Assembly (NCBI GenBank): GCA_964016885.1
Contig: OZ024749.1
Location: forward strand, 28,830,001 to 28,894,000
DNA: 64,000 nt
Origin: Eledone cirrhosa
Taxonomy: Eukaryota
Reading direction: 5' to 3'
This document shows, piece after piece, positions 27,519 to 42,746 of the stretch (position 1 is the stretch's first letter; every line of letters begins with the position of its first letter). The translations under genes were made by a program, and so were the position numbers. The notes beneath the pieces are model-generated. The model was given only the letters and a program-made list of their open reading frames with translations, did no database searches and was not told where the DNA came from.

Positions 27519-27552
27519 GATCACGTGACAATGTGATCAAAAGTCACATGAT
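27519..27552. promoter_or_regulatory. CLEAR/M-box pair (TCACGTGA 27521-27528; TCACATGA 27544-27551), candidate MITF/TFEB sites
   Basis: Motifs lie 16 and 39 nt upstream of the ATG. MiT/TFE regulation of V-ATPase genes is established in mammals and Drosophila. Confidence 0.75.
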
Positions 27553-27669
27553 CCAGTGTGAAACCGGATATGGAAATAGTGTTCTGCTGTTGCTAATGGT
27601 GACAGGTTGTGTACGGTGTTGTGTCAGTAATGACATCTGGTGGGATATTTGACTGTAGGCCTAAACGCT

Positions 27670-27885
27670 TAAAGCCCTGTACCACATGAAGCCTCATTAT
27701 CATGGTACACTTTAACTCTTAACGTCCTGTACCACATGAAAGTACATTAGCGCGACAGTTTTATCTCTTAACGTCTTTTGCCACATGGAACCACATTAGC
27801 AAGACAGCGTTAGCCCGTAACATCCTGCACCACATCAGTCATCAGGCATTAACGTCCTGTACCACATGAAACCACGTTAGCATCT
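27670..27885. repeat. Degenerate 49-bp repeat units, reverse complement of the 42.3-42.7 kb array
   Basis: CCACATG(A/G)AACCACATTAGCAAGACAGC...TAACATCCTGCACCACAT recurs at about 49-50 bp spacing. Confidence 0.85.
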
Positions 27886-28157
27886 ACAGATGGATGCCCT
27901 TTCTAACGCCAACTGCGTTACAGGGTGAACTGTGTGCTTTTTGTCATGTCACTAACAACATAACATTATAATACCAACAATATGAAATTACCTTGTAATT
28001 ACAATTCTGCCTCAGCCACTTTGATCTGACATGCGGTCACTTTAAAATCATTGTTCTCACTTAGATTTGATATATAGAGCATAGCTAGAGTTTAAGGGAC
28101 AATATTTCAAACCTCATTCACTTGGACCAAGAAAACTATGTTTCCATTTGTCTTTCC

Positions 28158-29355
28158 ATTCATCATCATTTTACGTCCGCTTTTCCCTGCTTGCAAGGGT
28201 GGGACGGGTGCTATTCAGCACAGCATCTCTCCATTCGTCACGGTCCTTTGTCATCTCTTCCGTGAGCTTCAGTAATCTGAGGTCAGCTCTCACCACCTCT
28301 GCCCATGATTTTCATGGTCTTCCTCTACTGCGTCTCCCTTCTACTGGGATTTCTTGGCACTTCTTTATCCAGCGGTCATCCTCCATGCACATCACATGTC
28401 CATACTAATGCAGTCTTCTCTCCCGCACACAACAGTTCATCCCTCTTATACAGTTTCTCTCTCAACTTGTCTATGCTTGGTCGTTCACGCACATTGACAT
28501 TGCACATCCAACGGAGCATGATTGCTTCATTTCTCTCCAGCCGTCGCATATCCTCCGCAGTTGCTGCCCAGGTCTCACTACCATGCAACATCGCACATCT
28601 CACACGGGCATCATTTAACCGGCCTTTCGTTCACAGGGAGAAACCCTGAGGAAGCAGCTCCCTAAACTTCTTCCAACCCGTCCTTATTCTAGATACTATG
28701 GCCTTGGAGCACCCACCTCCCTTGCTAATCTGATCACCTAAGTATCGGAAGCTATTCACTCTATAGATCCTACCCGCATTTAAAAAATGTGTCTATCACT
28801 GTGACTTCTACTATCAAATTTTCCTGTACATCTACTGCATATGTAGTTTTCCCAACCTGTTAGTTTGCCCGCTACCCCACTACATCTCTTGTGTAACCAA
28901 GATCTGCATTGTGTACATTTTATAGAATTTATGCCAACTCCTTTTCTACATATCGAACAGGGCCATTTCTCTGATAGAATCAGAGTTGTGTCCTCTTTTC
29001 TACTTATCAACACTTTAGTCTTAGTTAGGTTCACTCTCGGTCCTCATGATTCCAACTGCTGTTTTCATAGCCAGAATTTATTCTCTAGCTCCTCTACTGA
29101 TTCTGCTATAAATACCAGATCGTCAGCATAGAGAAGTTTCCATGGGCAACCAGTCTTAAACTCCTTTGTTATGGCTTGGAGGACTATAATGAACAAGAGC
29201 GGGCTGAGGACCGAACCCTGAAATACTCCTAGTTGTATTTGGAATTCCTCACTAAACTCCACTCCTACTCTCACTTTACTGACAGCACCTCTGTACATAG
29301 CTTGCACTGTCCCCACAAGCCATTCCTCTACACCTAGTTTCCTTAGGGACCATCA
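28158..29355 (-). mobile_element. Decayed 5'-truncated RTE LINE
   Basis: Broken ORFs include QGSVLSPLLF..YADD, WPCSICRKGVG and MLHGSETWA; the element ends in an (ATG)n tail. Confidence 0.92.
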
Positions 29356-29755
29356 GATGATAGATTGGATTACTCTATCAAAGGTCATTCTCTCTTTCTT
29401 TCTGTTTCCCCTTCTCTCTTACTCTGCACTTTCTAATTCCCTCTTTTTCCTTCTCCTTTTGCCGCCTCTTCTCCACCGTTCTCTTTCTGCCCCTTCTTCT
29501 TTCTTTCTCTGTCTTACCACCTATTCATTCAACATCTCTCTCTCTCTCTCTCTGGCGCTCTTCTGTATTTATCAGCTTTTCTCTCCCTCTCACACCTCTC
29601 TCTCTGTCTTCACATCTGACCCCCTCCTACCACCACACTTTCTCTCTCTCTCTCTGTTTTTACATGTGCCATCCTCCTACCAGCACACTATCTACTTCCT
29701 GTCTCTCTCACTAACTAAACATAAACACTCTCACCTCTTCTCTTCGTTCTCTCTC

Positions 29756-31297
29756 CTGGAATGAAATTGCGGGTGTGCAAAATCAGATCAATTTTACAGT
29801 CAAAGGGGAAGTAATTCTGTAAACATACAGCACGGCACCCCCTCCTACCACCATACTATCTCCTTTCTGTCTCTCTCACCAAACAAACAAAATCTCTCAC
29901 CTCCCCTCTTCTGGAATAGAATTGCGGGTGTGCAAATTCAGATCAAGTTTAGGGAACAAAATTTGTAAACATACAAAACGACAAGTCCCTACTTGGGCGC
30001 TCTGCCAGGTTAAACTATTTTGAACAAAATAAATAAATTAATAAAACCCGACAATAGAACATCAATGTATTCGCCATAATTATATTCACACTTTTATAAT
30101 AAAACGTTGATAATGAAAAATAACGAAGTAAATATAATGTTAAGAGCTCAACTTCGTGAAATTCCGTTAAAAGTATTCGTGTTGGCAGACGGCAGTTACA
30201 TGACTGTGTATATACCTGTAAACACATGTATATATTATGTATGTGTGTATGTATATAGATTATTGTCTTATTTACAAAAACAATTTTCTAATATCGTGTT
30301 TAATATGTCATATTGTGTCGTCTGGTTCTCTTCCATTTAATCACAACATAACTCTCAACTCACTCCCCTTTATTTACTTACTGTCTTACTCTATCTGCCT
30401 TTTTATTTTCCCTCTCCCGCAGCCTCTCCTTTCTCTCTTTTTTTGCCAGCTCCTTCTCTCACTCAGCTTTTTCACTCTCTCTCTCTCTTTCCTTTATCTC
30501 TTTCTCTCTGTCGCTGTTTCCTTCTTATTGTCAAGCTGTGTGACAGGGGAAAGAAAGACAGAGTGAAACTACTATATAAATGGGATTGACTTGAGAGTTA
30601 TGTCGTGATTAAATGGAAGAGAACCAGACGACACTATGAAATATTAAACACGACATTAGAAAAATGTTTTTGTAAATAAGACAATTTATATACACACATG
30701 CATACATAAATATATACATATGTTTACAGGTATATACACACACATGTAACTGTCGTCTGCCAATACAACACGAATACTTTTAACGGAATTTCACGAAGTT
30801 TAGATTTTAACATTACAGTTACTTCGTTATTTTTCATTATGAGTGTTTTATTATAAAGTGAATGTAATTATGGCGATACATTGATGTTATATTGTCGGGG
30901 TTTATTAATTTATTTATTTTGTTCAAAATAGTTTTACCTGGTAGAGCGTCTAAGTAGGGACTTGGTGTGGTTTTGTATGTTTACAGAATTATTTCCCCTT
31001 TGACTGTAAAATTGATCTGATTTTGCACACCCGCAATTTTATTCCAGACACACACACACATAACTGTCGTCTGCCAACACAAATACTTTTAACGGAATTT
31101 CACGAAGTTCAGGTTTTAACATTACATTTACTTCATTATTTTTCATTATCAATGTTTTACTATAAAGTTGTGTATGTAATTCTGGCGAATACATTGATGT
31201 TATATTGTCGTGTTTTATTAATTTATTTATTTTACTCGAGATATGTTTACCTGGTAGAGCACCCAAGTAGGGACTTGGCGTCGTTCTGTATGTTCAG
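29756..31297. mobile_element. Foldback element with about 450-bp inverted arms (29911-30370 / 30575-31047) plus extra partial arm copies
   Basis: CTGGAATAGAATTGCGGGTGTGCAAA pairs with TTTGCACACCCGCAATTTTATTCCAG, and the arms align inward to ACTCTCAA/TTGAGAGT. Confidence 0.85.
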
Positions 31298-32094
31298 ACC
31301 CCCACCCCCCAATAATAATATTTTTCTCCCCAAATTACCAAAACAACACAAAACAAACAAGATTTGTTTTGAAATAATTTATTACTCAGAAATATATACA
31401 ACAACCAAGAGAATAGCTGTGATAGATATATATATATATATATACACATATATATATATATATTCAAATTAGATGGATCTTTGACTGGGCTGCCAAACAT
31501 TACCCAGTGCAATCAGTTACAAACTGAAAAAAAATTTTGCATTTGAAATTGCTTTAAAATATTATTTTAATTTTCTTTTCTTTTTTTGAAAATTAAAAAC
31601 TAAAAATTTCAGAATATCTGACACAATTGTTTAATATTTCATAGATTGGTCTTGAAAGAATTCTAACTTTGGTAGTTACAGGGAAATTGCTTTCACCATC
31701 TGCCAATTTTGTATACACTATAGTTTCTTTAGTGAACCATTACGATGAAAGAATTATTTGTACGCTATAGTTTCTTTAGCTAACCATTATAATGAAAGAC
31801 AATTCTATATACACTATACATTTTTCATCTAACCATTAAAGGCAATTCTATATATACTATATATTCTTCACCTAACCATTAAAGACAATTCTATATGCAC
31901 TGTATATTTTTCAGCTAATCATTATGATGAAATAGAGTTCTATATGCACTATATATTCTTTAGCTAACCATTAGGGTGAAAGCCAATTCTATATTCTTCA
32001 ATAAGACTAAAGCCAATCTATGCTCTGCTCCACCAAAAACTAACCATTTTTTATCTCTAGCAAGGCTAGTGTTAGATATAATAATAATTTCTAA

Positions 32095-32550
32095 TTTAAG
32101 TGAAGTGGGAGAAGTCAACTACATCAACTTCAGGGTTTGATTGGTATTTTATTATATCAAGACGTTGACCTTGGAAGGATGAAAGGCAAGGTTGACCTCG
32201 GCAGGATTTAAACTCAGAATGATAGAAGACAGAACATATACTGCAAAGCATTTCTGGCAATGTTCTACCAATCCTACAAATCCACAGCTGTTAATAATGA
32301 TTTCTAGTATAGGCACAAGGCCTTTATTTTATCGACTCCATAAGGATGAAAGGCAAAGCTAACCTTGGCAGGATTTGAACTCAGAACATAAAGGGCCGTA
32401 ACTATATGCCAGAAAGCATGTTGTCCAACGCTCTACCGATTCTGCCAATCCACTGCCCTGTATAATATGAATAATAATAATGATTTTCTAACATAGACAC
32501 AAGACCCAAATTTGTGTGGAGGGGAAAATCTATTATATTGACCCCAGTAC
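32095..32550 (-). mobile_element. Cluster of family A SINE copies
   Basis: GGATGAAAGGCAAAG..AACCT.GGCAGGATTTGAACTCAGAA motif is repeated. Confidence 0.8.
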
Positions 32551-33604
32551 TTTCAGCTGTCCTGTGCAAAACCTCCCTTGTCTCTATCTACTCTAGTGTA
32601 TCAGAAAAGACAGGTTAACTAAAATGTGTTGTTTCTTATGTAGGCAGCAGAAAATCATAGAGTTATTTTAGCAGAACAGAGCAGAAATATTGTTTCCTAA
32701 CATTAGGAGTATTTAACCCATTCAAGACCATATTTCTAATGAGATACACTCTTTTTCAATTAATTAGTGAAGAATTTGGAAGGATTTACTAAAATTATTA
32801 ATTATTTCATTATCAAGTTAGTATTTGTAATATAACACATAGTTTTTATATAAAATTATGTTGGAAGTTTTTAAAATTAAGTAGGAACATTTCAATTAGT
32901 TAGTTGTCACAAAATCCCTACAAATTTTTTTATTAGCTAGTTGTCACCAGATCCCTACAAATTTTTTATTATAATAATAATAAAATCAAAATTATCTGAA
33001 AAATCATAGGCAGTATCTTTCATTAGAAATATGGTAATGAAAGGGTTAAACAACTAACTTCCCCGCATCTCATAACTGGTATTAAAATCTAGAAAACAGA
33101 AGTTAATAAGATCACATCTGTAGTTTCAACTTCAGCTGCTCCCTATTACCATCGAAAAGAAAAAAAACAACAAAAATACATAATTTTTTATGCCCCACTC
33201 CACCCAACTGTCCCCCGAATCCCTTTTAAAAAGGGGGAAGCGGGGAGGAGGTCAGCTCATTAAAATAAAACCAATCAGTTTATTGTTAAACCCAATTTAA
33301 GGCATTTGATTCTTAAATCAATGTTTAAATAATATATTAACAAAAAGACTTGCTATTGTTGTGGTTTGTGTTTTGTTTTTCAAGTGAAAAACAATATCAA
33401 ACTGAAAATTACAGGAGGAGAGACAATAAAACATGTTTGGAATGGTACGTTAGCAAGGAATGGTTAGTCTGGTAGTCATGGAAACAGAATAGAAGAAGGC
33501 GAAGTTAAGCAGACATGATGAATATAATAAAGCAAAACAATAGAAACATATATATTATATATATGCAGGATATCGATAATTAATTTGGTTCAGTCTTTGT
33601 GTGT

Positions 33605-35124
33605 GAATATATATACATATATATATATATACACATATACATATACATACATATTTATATACATATACATATATATATACATATTGATATACATATACAT
33701 ACATATATATACATATATATGCATATACTATATATATATACACATGTACATACATATATATATACATATACATATATATACATATACATATATATACATA
33801 TACATATATATACATATACATATATACACATATACATATACATATACTATATATATATATACACATATACATATACTATATATATATATACACATATACA
33901 TATACTATATATATATATACACACATATACATATACTATATATATATATATACACACATATACATATACTATATATATATATACACACATATACATATAC
34001 TATATATATATATACACATATACATATACTATATATATATATACACACATATACATATACTATATATATATATATACAAATATACATATACTATATATAT
34101 ATATATACACATATACATATACTATATATATATATATACACATATACATATACTATATATATATATATACACATATACATATACTATATATATATATATA
34201 CACATATACATATACTATATATATATATATACACATATACATATACTATATATATATATATATACACATATACATATACTATATATATATATATACACAT
34301 ATACATATACTATATATATATATATACACATATACATATACTATATATATATATATATACACATATACATATACTATATATATATATATACACATATACA
34401 TATACTATATATATATATATACACATATACATATACTATATATATATATATACACATATACATATACTATATATATATATATACACATATACATATACTA
34501 TATATATATATATACACATATACATATACTATATATATATATATACACATATACATATACTATATATATATATATACACATATACATATACTATATATAT
34601 ATATATACACATATACATATACTATATATATATATATACACATATACATATACTATATATATATATATACACATATACATATACTATATATATATATATA
34701 CACATATACATATACTATATATATATATATACACATATACATATACTATATATATATATATACACATATACATATACTATATATATATATATATACATAT
34801 ACTATATATATATATATACACATATACATATACTATATATATATATATACACATATACATATACTATATATATATATATACACATATACATATACTATAT
34901 ATATATATATATACACACATATACATATACTATATATATATATATATACACACATATACATATACTATATATATATATATATACACATATACATATACTA
35001 TATATATATATATATACACATATACATATACTATATATATATATATATACACATATACATATACTATATATATATATACATGTACATACATATATATATA
35101 CATATACATATATATACATATACA

Positions 35125-35177
<53 letters not shown>

Positions 35178-35195
35178 ATATATACATATATATAC

Positions 35196-35228
<33 letters not shown>

Positions 35229-35542
35229 CACATATACATATAAATAAACATATATATATATATGTACATATACATATAAATAAACATATATATATATGTA
35301 CATATACATATAAATAAACATATATATATATGTACATATACATATAAATAAACATATATATATATATAAATAAACATATATATATACATATACATATATA
35401 AAAATAAACATATATATATACATATACATATATAAAAATAAACATATATATATATATAAATAAATAAACATATATATATATATATAAATAAATAAACATA
35501 TATATATATATATAAATAAATAAACATATATATATATAAATA

Positions 35543-35593
<51 letters not shown>

Positions 35594-35723
35594 ATATATA
35601 TAAATAAATAAACACATATATATATATATATATATATAAATAAACACATATATATATATATATATAAATAAACACATATATATATATATATAAATAAACA
35701 CATATATATATATATATAAATAA

Positions 35724-35774
<51 letters not shown>

Positions 35775-35785
35775 TATAGAGAGAG
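33605..35785. repeat. TA-derived satellite: about 30-bp unit CACATATACATATAC(TA)n, then AAATAAACA(TA)n units
   Basis: Direct reading. Confidence 0.97.
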
Positions 35786-36685
35786 AGAAAGGTAAAAACC
35801 CGACTGAGATGCCAAGTGGTTTCAACTGGTATTCGGCAAGCCTTTTCAAGGGTGTACTTCTTAAAAAGCAGTAAACCCTTGAAAAGGCTTGCCGAATATG
35901 AGTAGAAACTGCTTGGTGTTGTAGTTGGGTTTTTACCTTCCTTTTCCTCTATACCCACTCTGCTTCTTCCCATGCATAGAGTACTCCCCTGATTTGTGGT
36001 CTCCCCAGTCTCAGCGCTGCACATTATATATATATATATATATATTGTATCCATCCATGGATCCTTTGATTTCTGATAGGAGCCATCATGACATATGGCA
36101 TGTCTTGACCATTTATATCTGGTACAGCCTATCATTCTCTAGGTTGGAACACAGCTGATTTCTGAGAGAGAGGGAGAGAGAGAGAGAGAACTATAGAGGA
36201 AGAATCGACCGCAATATTCAACTGGTACTTCATTTATCAAACTCGAAAGGATAAAAGAAGGTAAAGTTGACCCCCTCAATGTGATTTGAAATTTGAATTC
36301 CGAGAGCAGGGAGCTGGAGAGCAACTTCTGCAAAGCATTCTATCCAACATTCTAATGATTCTGCCATATTAACAGAGTATAAAGTAAAAAATATATTAAT
36401 AATTAAAAATACAGAAAATATATTTGTACTCCTTTCTTTAAGTCAGTAAATGAGGGCAAGGTAATCAATGAGAACTGTATATTCTATCTGATATTCTAAC
36501 AACTCTGCCAATTTGCCAGATATATTACATAGTAATTTGTACTTTTGTCTATCAATTTGGACATTTATTATCCATACTGGGGAGGTGTATTAACCTTTCT
36601 ATTATTGTATTTCCAAAGAAATATCTTTGTCATCATCATCATCGCTTTTATGTCATTTTTTCCATGCTTGCATGGGTTGGACGGA

Positions 36686-37650
<965 letters not shown>

Positions 37651-37651
37651 T

Positions 37652-38435
37652 CCACAAACTCTCAATATCCCTGTCATGTCCCATGGTTATAGCCTGACTG
37701 AGGCTGTGATACACATAACTTTCTGCTTCCTCGATTTCATCGCCTCCAACCACAATTTGATAAGGTGCCACATGTTCGGACCGCATGTACTTTGTTTTCA
37801 TATGTACAATTGATCCTCAGACCGACCATCAAACCTCTGGTGTTCAGCTCGCCAAGCATTCAGGTACTTTCTATGAAGAGTATAATGTCTTCTGCGAACC
37901 AGAGGTGTATGAAAAGCTCATCTTTGATTTGCACGCCACCCGAAACATGCACGGGTGATGATAACAGGACCACATCTGTAGTGCATCCCAAATTCGCCTC
38001 TCTTAGGAGGCTCATGTACTGCACCACAACACCTTGCTTGTGGACGGACTGTAGCACCACATTGATCGCGACACTGTTGAAGGCTTTTTTCATAGTCAAC
38101 TCCGTGAAGGCTGTGTTGAAAGCAAACCTCAACAAACCTTCAACAGCACGGTTCTACCTGCAATGCTCTATGCAAGTGAAAAGTGGCCGACAATGAAGAG
38201 AGAGGAACAGCAGTTAATGACAGCACAAAGAACCACAGAAAGGATGACGCCAGGAATCTCCTTGAGAGATCATATCCGAAATAAGCAGATCAGGGAAAGA
38301 ACCAGAGTGAAGGACATTATCACTGGCTATTATCTAAACAAACTTAGATGGGTTGGACCTGTACAGTTGTCAAGTGTTACCCATGTAAGTGAAAATGACC
38401 ACTTGGAAGGCCTCCACTTAGAAGGATTGATGATA
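37652..38435. mobile_element. Decayed RTE-type LINE with its 5' part inverted (minus 37652-38100; plus 38100-38435)
   Basis: Minus strand gives VDYEKAFNSV, HLWFAEDIIL and KTKYM...IEEAESYVY. Plus strand gives STVLPAMLYASEKW...DHIRNKQIRERTRV...KLRWVG. Confidence 0.8.
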
Positions 38436-39024
38436 TAATGAAAATAATGGCCGGTCAAGTTGATTATATACAAGTTTATATATGTATATATATATATATC
38501 GATCGACTGAATACATCCCAGTCCTCAGTCGCTTACTGTGTGGGTGGGGGGGAACTCATCAAATTGGACCAAGGAAACAATGTTTCCGTTTTGGTGTTTT
38601 CATTACTAATGCTACCTACTGGTCACAACTCCTGGCAGAATAAAATATACTGTCTATTAATTTCAACTCATTAAAAAAAAACAATCAAGTATTTGTCAGG
38701 ATTTAATAAAATATTTCATGTTTTCATTATGAAATCAGTGTTTGGAAGGCAACTTCACAAAAGGACCCTTCCTATACAAAATTATGGGGACTTTGAAATT
38801 AGAGGTGTATTTCTTTTTTTTTTTTTAATGAAAGCAGAGGTGATTTCAGGCAGTTTGATGATATAGAAAGGGGGTTAGGAGTTATGTGGGGGTCAGCAGT
38901 GTCTATGGAAGAATTGGTGACAGACTAGAAATAAATATCTTATTCAAATAAATATTAATTAGAACACAAACATTTCCCACAGAACCAGTCTTTAGTAGTA
39001 GTAGTAGTGGTGGTGGTGGTGGTA

Positions 39025-39470
39025 GTATTTAATTTCGGCACAAGGTCAGCCATTTGAGAGATAGGGGATGGGGGTTGAACAGTTATTTAAATTTACCTCA
39101 GTACATTACTGGTACTTTATTTTATCAAACCCCAGAAGGATGAAAGGCAAAGCTAACCTTGGCAAGATTTAAACTTTTCAACTCAGAATGTAAAGAGTCA
39201 TAACAATGCCATGAAGCATGTCTGATGCTCTACTGACTACTGCTAATCCACCATTCTTAATACTATCAATAATAATGGTTTCTGATTTAGGCACAAGGCC
39301 AGCAATTTTAGGGGAGGGGAGGGAAAAGTCAATTAAATCGACCCTAGTACATTACTGGTACTTTATTTTATCGACCCCCTATAAGGATGAAAGGCAAAAC
39401 TAATCTTAATGGGATTTAAACTCCGAATGTAAAGGGATATAACAATATGCCACAAAGCAGTTACCGCCAA
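39025..39470 (-). mobile_element. Two tandem family A SINE copies
   Basis: Same core motifs as 8822-9020, on the minus strand. Confidence 0.82.
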
Positions 39471-39726
39471 TCTTCTGTTCTTAATACTATTAATAATACC
39501 AATAACAACCCATTATACTAAATACTTTCCCACAGTCAACATATGATGACACTGTCAACATATATGACCTTTAAACTAATCCACCTTAAAAAAATAACTT
39601 TTGACAAATTTAACCAGTTCATTGTAGCAAATATTTCTGTTTTTGTATTTGTTTTGCAAGATTCTTGATACAAAATCATGGGTTGAAACAGATATTGTTG
39701 TAGTTTGGGAGAGTCATGTTGCCAAT

Positions 39727-40043
39727 CAAAACACATGCACTGCACCAGTTGAGTTCACTTCAGTTTTATTGTTTATCAGGTAATTAATCCATCAATCCAT
39801 TGATTAATCAACTAAATAATTGTCGAAGTCGTTTTTGTCACAATCTGTGACCTTATCGGTGACTATTGCCCTGAAAAAAGAAGACAGAGAGTAAAATAAA
39901 GTTGGAGTAAGTGTGGAGGGAGAGGAAATAAAGAGGACATGTGTCATTGATAAGGTCACAGGTTGTGGCAAAAGGATTTTGACAATTAATTAATTGATTA
40001 ATGACCTGAAGTGAAACTCAACTAGTGCAGTGCATGTGTTTTG
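39727..40043. repeat. Imperfect inverted repeat (hairpin or MITE-like, about 317 bp)
   Basis: CAAAACACATGCACTGCACCAGTTGAGTTCACTTCAG pairs with CTGAAGTGAAACTCAACTAGTGCAGTGCATGTGTTTTG. Inner arms TGTGACCTTATC / GATAAGGTCACA also pair. Confidence 0.85.
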
Positions 40044-40342
40044 ACAGACTGTTAGTCAGTTTCACCTTATCTTAGTAGTGAAAACACACCTCCAGCCCTC
40101 AGCAGTCTATTAGTCAGTGTCACCTTAGCTGAGCTATGAAATCACACCTCTGGCCCTCAGCAGTCAATATATACACATACGCACACATTATTTTGGAAAA
40201 TAATTTTGAATTTGAAAAAAGAAAACCTTAAGTTGACCAAAACAAAAATGAAACAAAAACAACAAATTATGTTCTATTTCACGTCAGTTTCTCATGAGAA
40301 GATAGAAGTTGTATCCTAGCTTCCTCGTTTCTTATTGTTTAA

Positions 40343-40540
40343 CCGTTTAACACATACATTACTCTATATATACCATTGTATTTTCAAGGTAAAGGCTTTA
40401 CCTCAAATAATATCAAATCTATGAGATTTTGATATTTTTTATTTTGAGAACAATACCTTAACATCAGTATGAGTGGCCAGTTTGAACAGCAAGAAGTGAG
40501 AGAATTCTGGCCGGATACAGCTGGTTTGAATGCTTAAGGG
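40343..40540. mobile_element. piggyBac-like MITE family 1 copy
   Basis: Flanked by TTAA on both sides and colinear with 50347-50549. Confidence 0.82.
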
Positions 40541-42259
40541 TTAAGCTAACTAAAGTTTAGTTCTATACAACATGTCAAGTAGTTACAGTACAAACCCATA
40601 AACATAGTAAATATGAGCAGTATTAAAAGGCCAGAAGTAGCAGGAGACATGGCTGGCTTTAGTTTTATTAATAAATAGAAAGAAAGACTTGTCGAAAAAT
40701 TTCAATAGAATTGTAAGTAGAAAGGGGGATAACCAACCAGCAGGAAATTATAACTAACTTGGCATACTACTTTAAAGGATACACAATAACCCTTTCTTTC
40801 TCTTTCCCCATGTCTCTCTCTTTCTCCCCCACTCTCTCTCTTTCTCGTGTTCATTTAACACATTTGAAGAGGGATATTTTACTCAAAATATAAGGACTGA
40901 CCAATTAAATATTTCTCATGTACATATAGATCTCTTTATTATTGTTATTTTTATTAATATATTTGTTTGATCACCATTGCTATGGCCTTCTATAACACAC
41001 TGATTTGTACATATTCCTCAATGTTTCAAGCAAACTAACACACTCAAGGGCCGAGAAAAACATTTGCTTGATAGGAGTTCTTCGCCTGAAGATCCTCCTG
41101 CTGTCCCCTAGCTCCTTCATGAGTTTCCACCTACTAACTGATATTACCACAAGGGAACAACGGGAATATATAACAAAACGAAACAAAAAAAAAATAGGGA
41201 AATAATTTAATTTAATTTAAAAATCATATCTAGTTTACAAATTATATTTAATTAAAAAATTATATTTAATTTAGAAATTATATTTAATTTAGAAATTATA
41301 TTTAATTTAAAAATGATTTAATTTAAAATTTATATTAATTTAAAAATTATATTTAATTTAAAAATGATTTAATTTAAAATTTATATTAATTTAAAAATTA
41401 TATTCAATTTAAAAAAAAATTGGGGAAAAAATTGGGGAAAAAATTATATTTAATTTAAATAGTTTAAAATGTTCAGGACTAGAATACATAACAGTTTCAG
41501 TTTACAAACAAACAAACACATCGCAACAGAACAGACTTGTCCCTTCCTCTACCATATCACTATTGAAATTACACTCTCATTGCTGTGTTTCAATTAATTT
41601 GGAAAATAATGAAGAATTTGGAAGGATTTAGTAAAATACATCTTAACATCCTGTAATGATTTAGCAAAAAATATGTAAAAAAAAAAAACAGGCTTGTTAA
41701 TTTAAATATTTATAGTATCTTTACTAGTGGACAGATTGTTGTGAAAATTTGTAGTATTATCTCTTAACATCCTGTAATGATTTAGCAGAAAATATGTAAA
41801 AACAAATGTTTGTTATTTCAAATATTTATAGTATCTTTACTAGCAGACAGTAATAGAGTAAATACTTGAATTATTAATGTGATACAGTTATAGTGTCGTT
41901 TTGTATTTTGTAAGAATGATTTGATAATGTGGTTTGTTAATTCAAATATTCATAGTATATTTACTAGTGAACAGATTGTTGTGAAAATTTGCAGTATTAA
42001 AGTAAAGACTTTAATATTTAATATGATGCAGCCATAGTGCTGTTTTATACTTTTCCAGAATGTCTTGGTAATGTGGTTTGTTAATTCAAATGTTTATAGC
42101 ATCTTTACAACTCGACAGATAGCTGTGGAAATTCGCAATATTAAAGTAAAGTATTTTAATTTTTAATATTATTATGCAGTCATAGTGCTGTTTTATACTT
42201 TTCAAGAATTCTTTGATTATGTGGTTTCATACAGTACAGCATGCTAAGCATTAAAGCTG

Positions 42260-42746
42260 TATAGCTAATGTGGTCTCATGTGGTACAGGATATTAAGATT
42301 GAAGCTGTCTAGCTAATGTGGTTTCATGTGGTGCAGGATGTTAAGACTTAAGCAGTCTTGCTAATGTGGTTTCATGTGGTGCAGGATGTTAAGACTTAAG
42401 CAGTCTTGCTAATGTGGTTTCATGTGGTGCAGGATGTTAAGCAATTAAGCTGTCTTGCTAATGTGGTTTCATGTGGTGCAGGATGTTAAGCAATTAAGCT
42501 GTCTTGCTAATGTGGTTTCATGTGGTGCAGGATGTTAAGCAATTAAGCTGTCTTGCTAATGTGGTTTCATGTGGTGCAGGATGTTAAGCAATTAAGCTGT
42601 CTTGCTAATGTGGTTTCATGTGGTGCAGGATGTTAAGCAATTAAGCTGTCTTGCTAATGTGGTTTCATGTGGTGCAGGATGTTAAGCAATTAAGCTGTCT
42701 TGCTAATGTGGTTTCATGTGGTGCAGGATGTTAAGCAATTAAGCTG
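42260..42746. repeat. 49-bp minisatellite GCTAATGTGGTTTCATGTGGTGCAGGATGTTAAGCAATTAAGCTGTCTT, about 10 units
   Basis: Period 49, for example 42457 and 42506. Confidence 0.96.
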
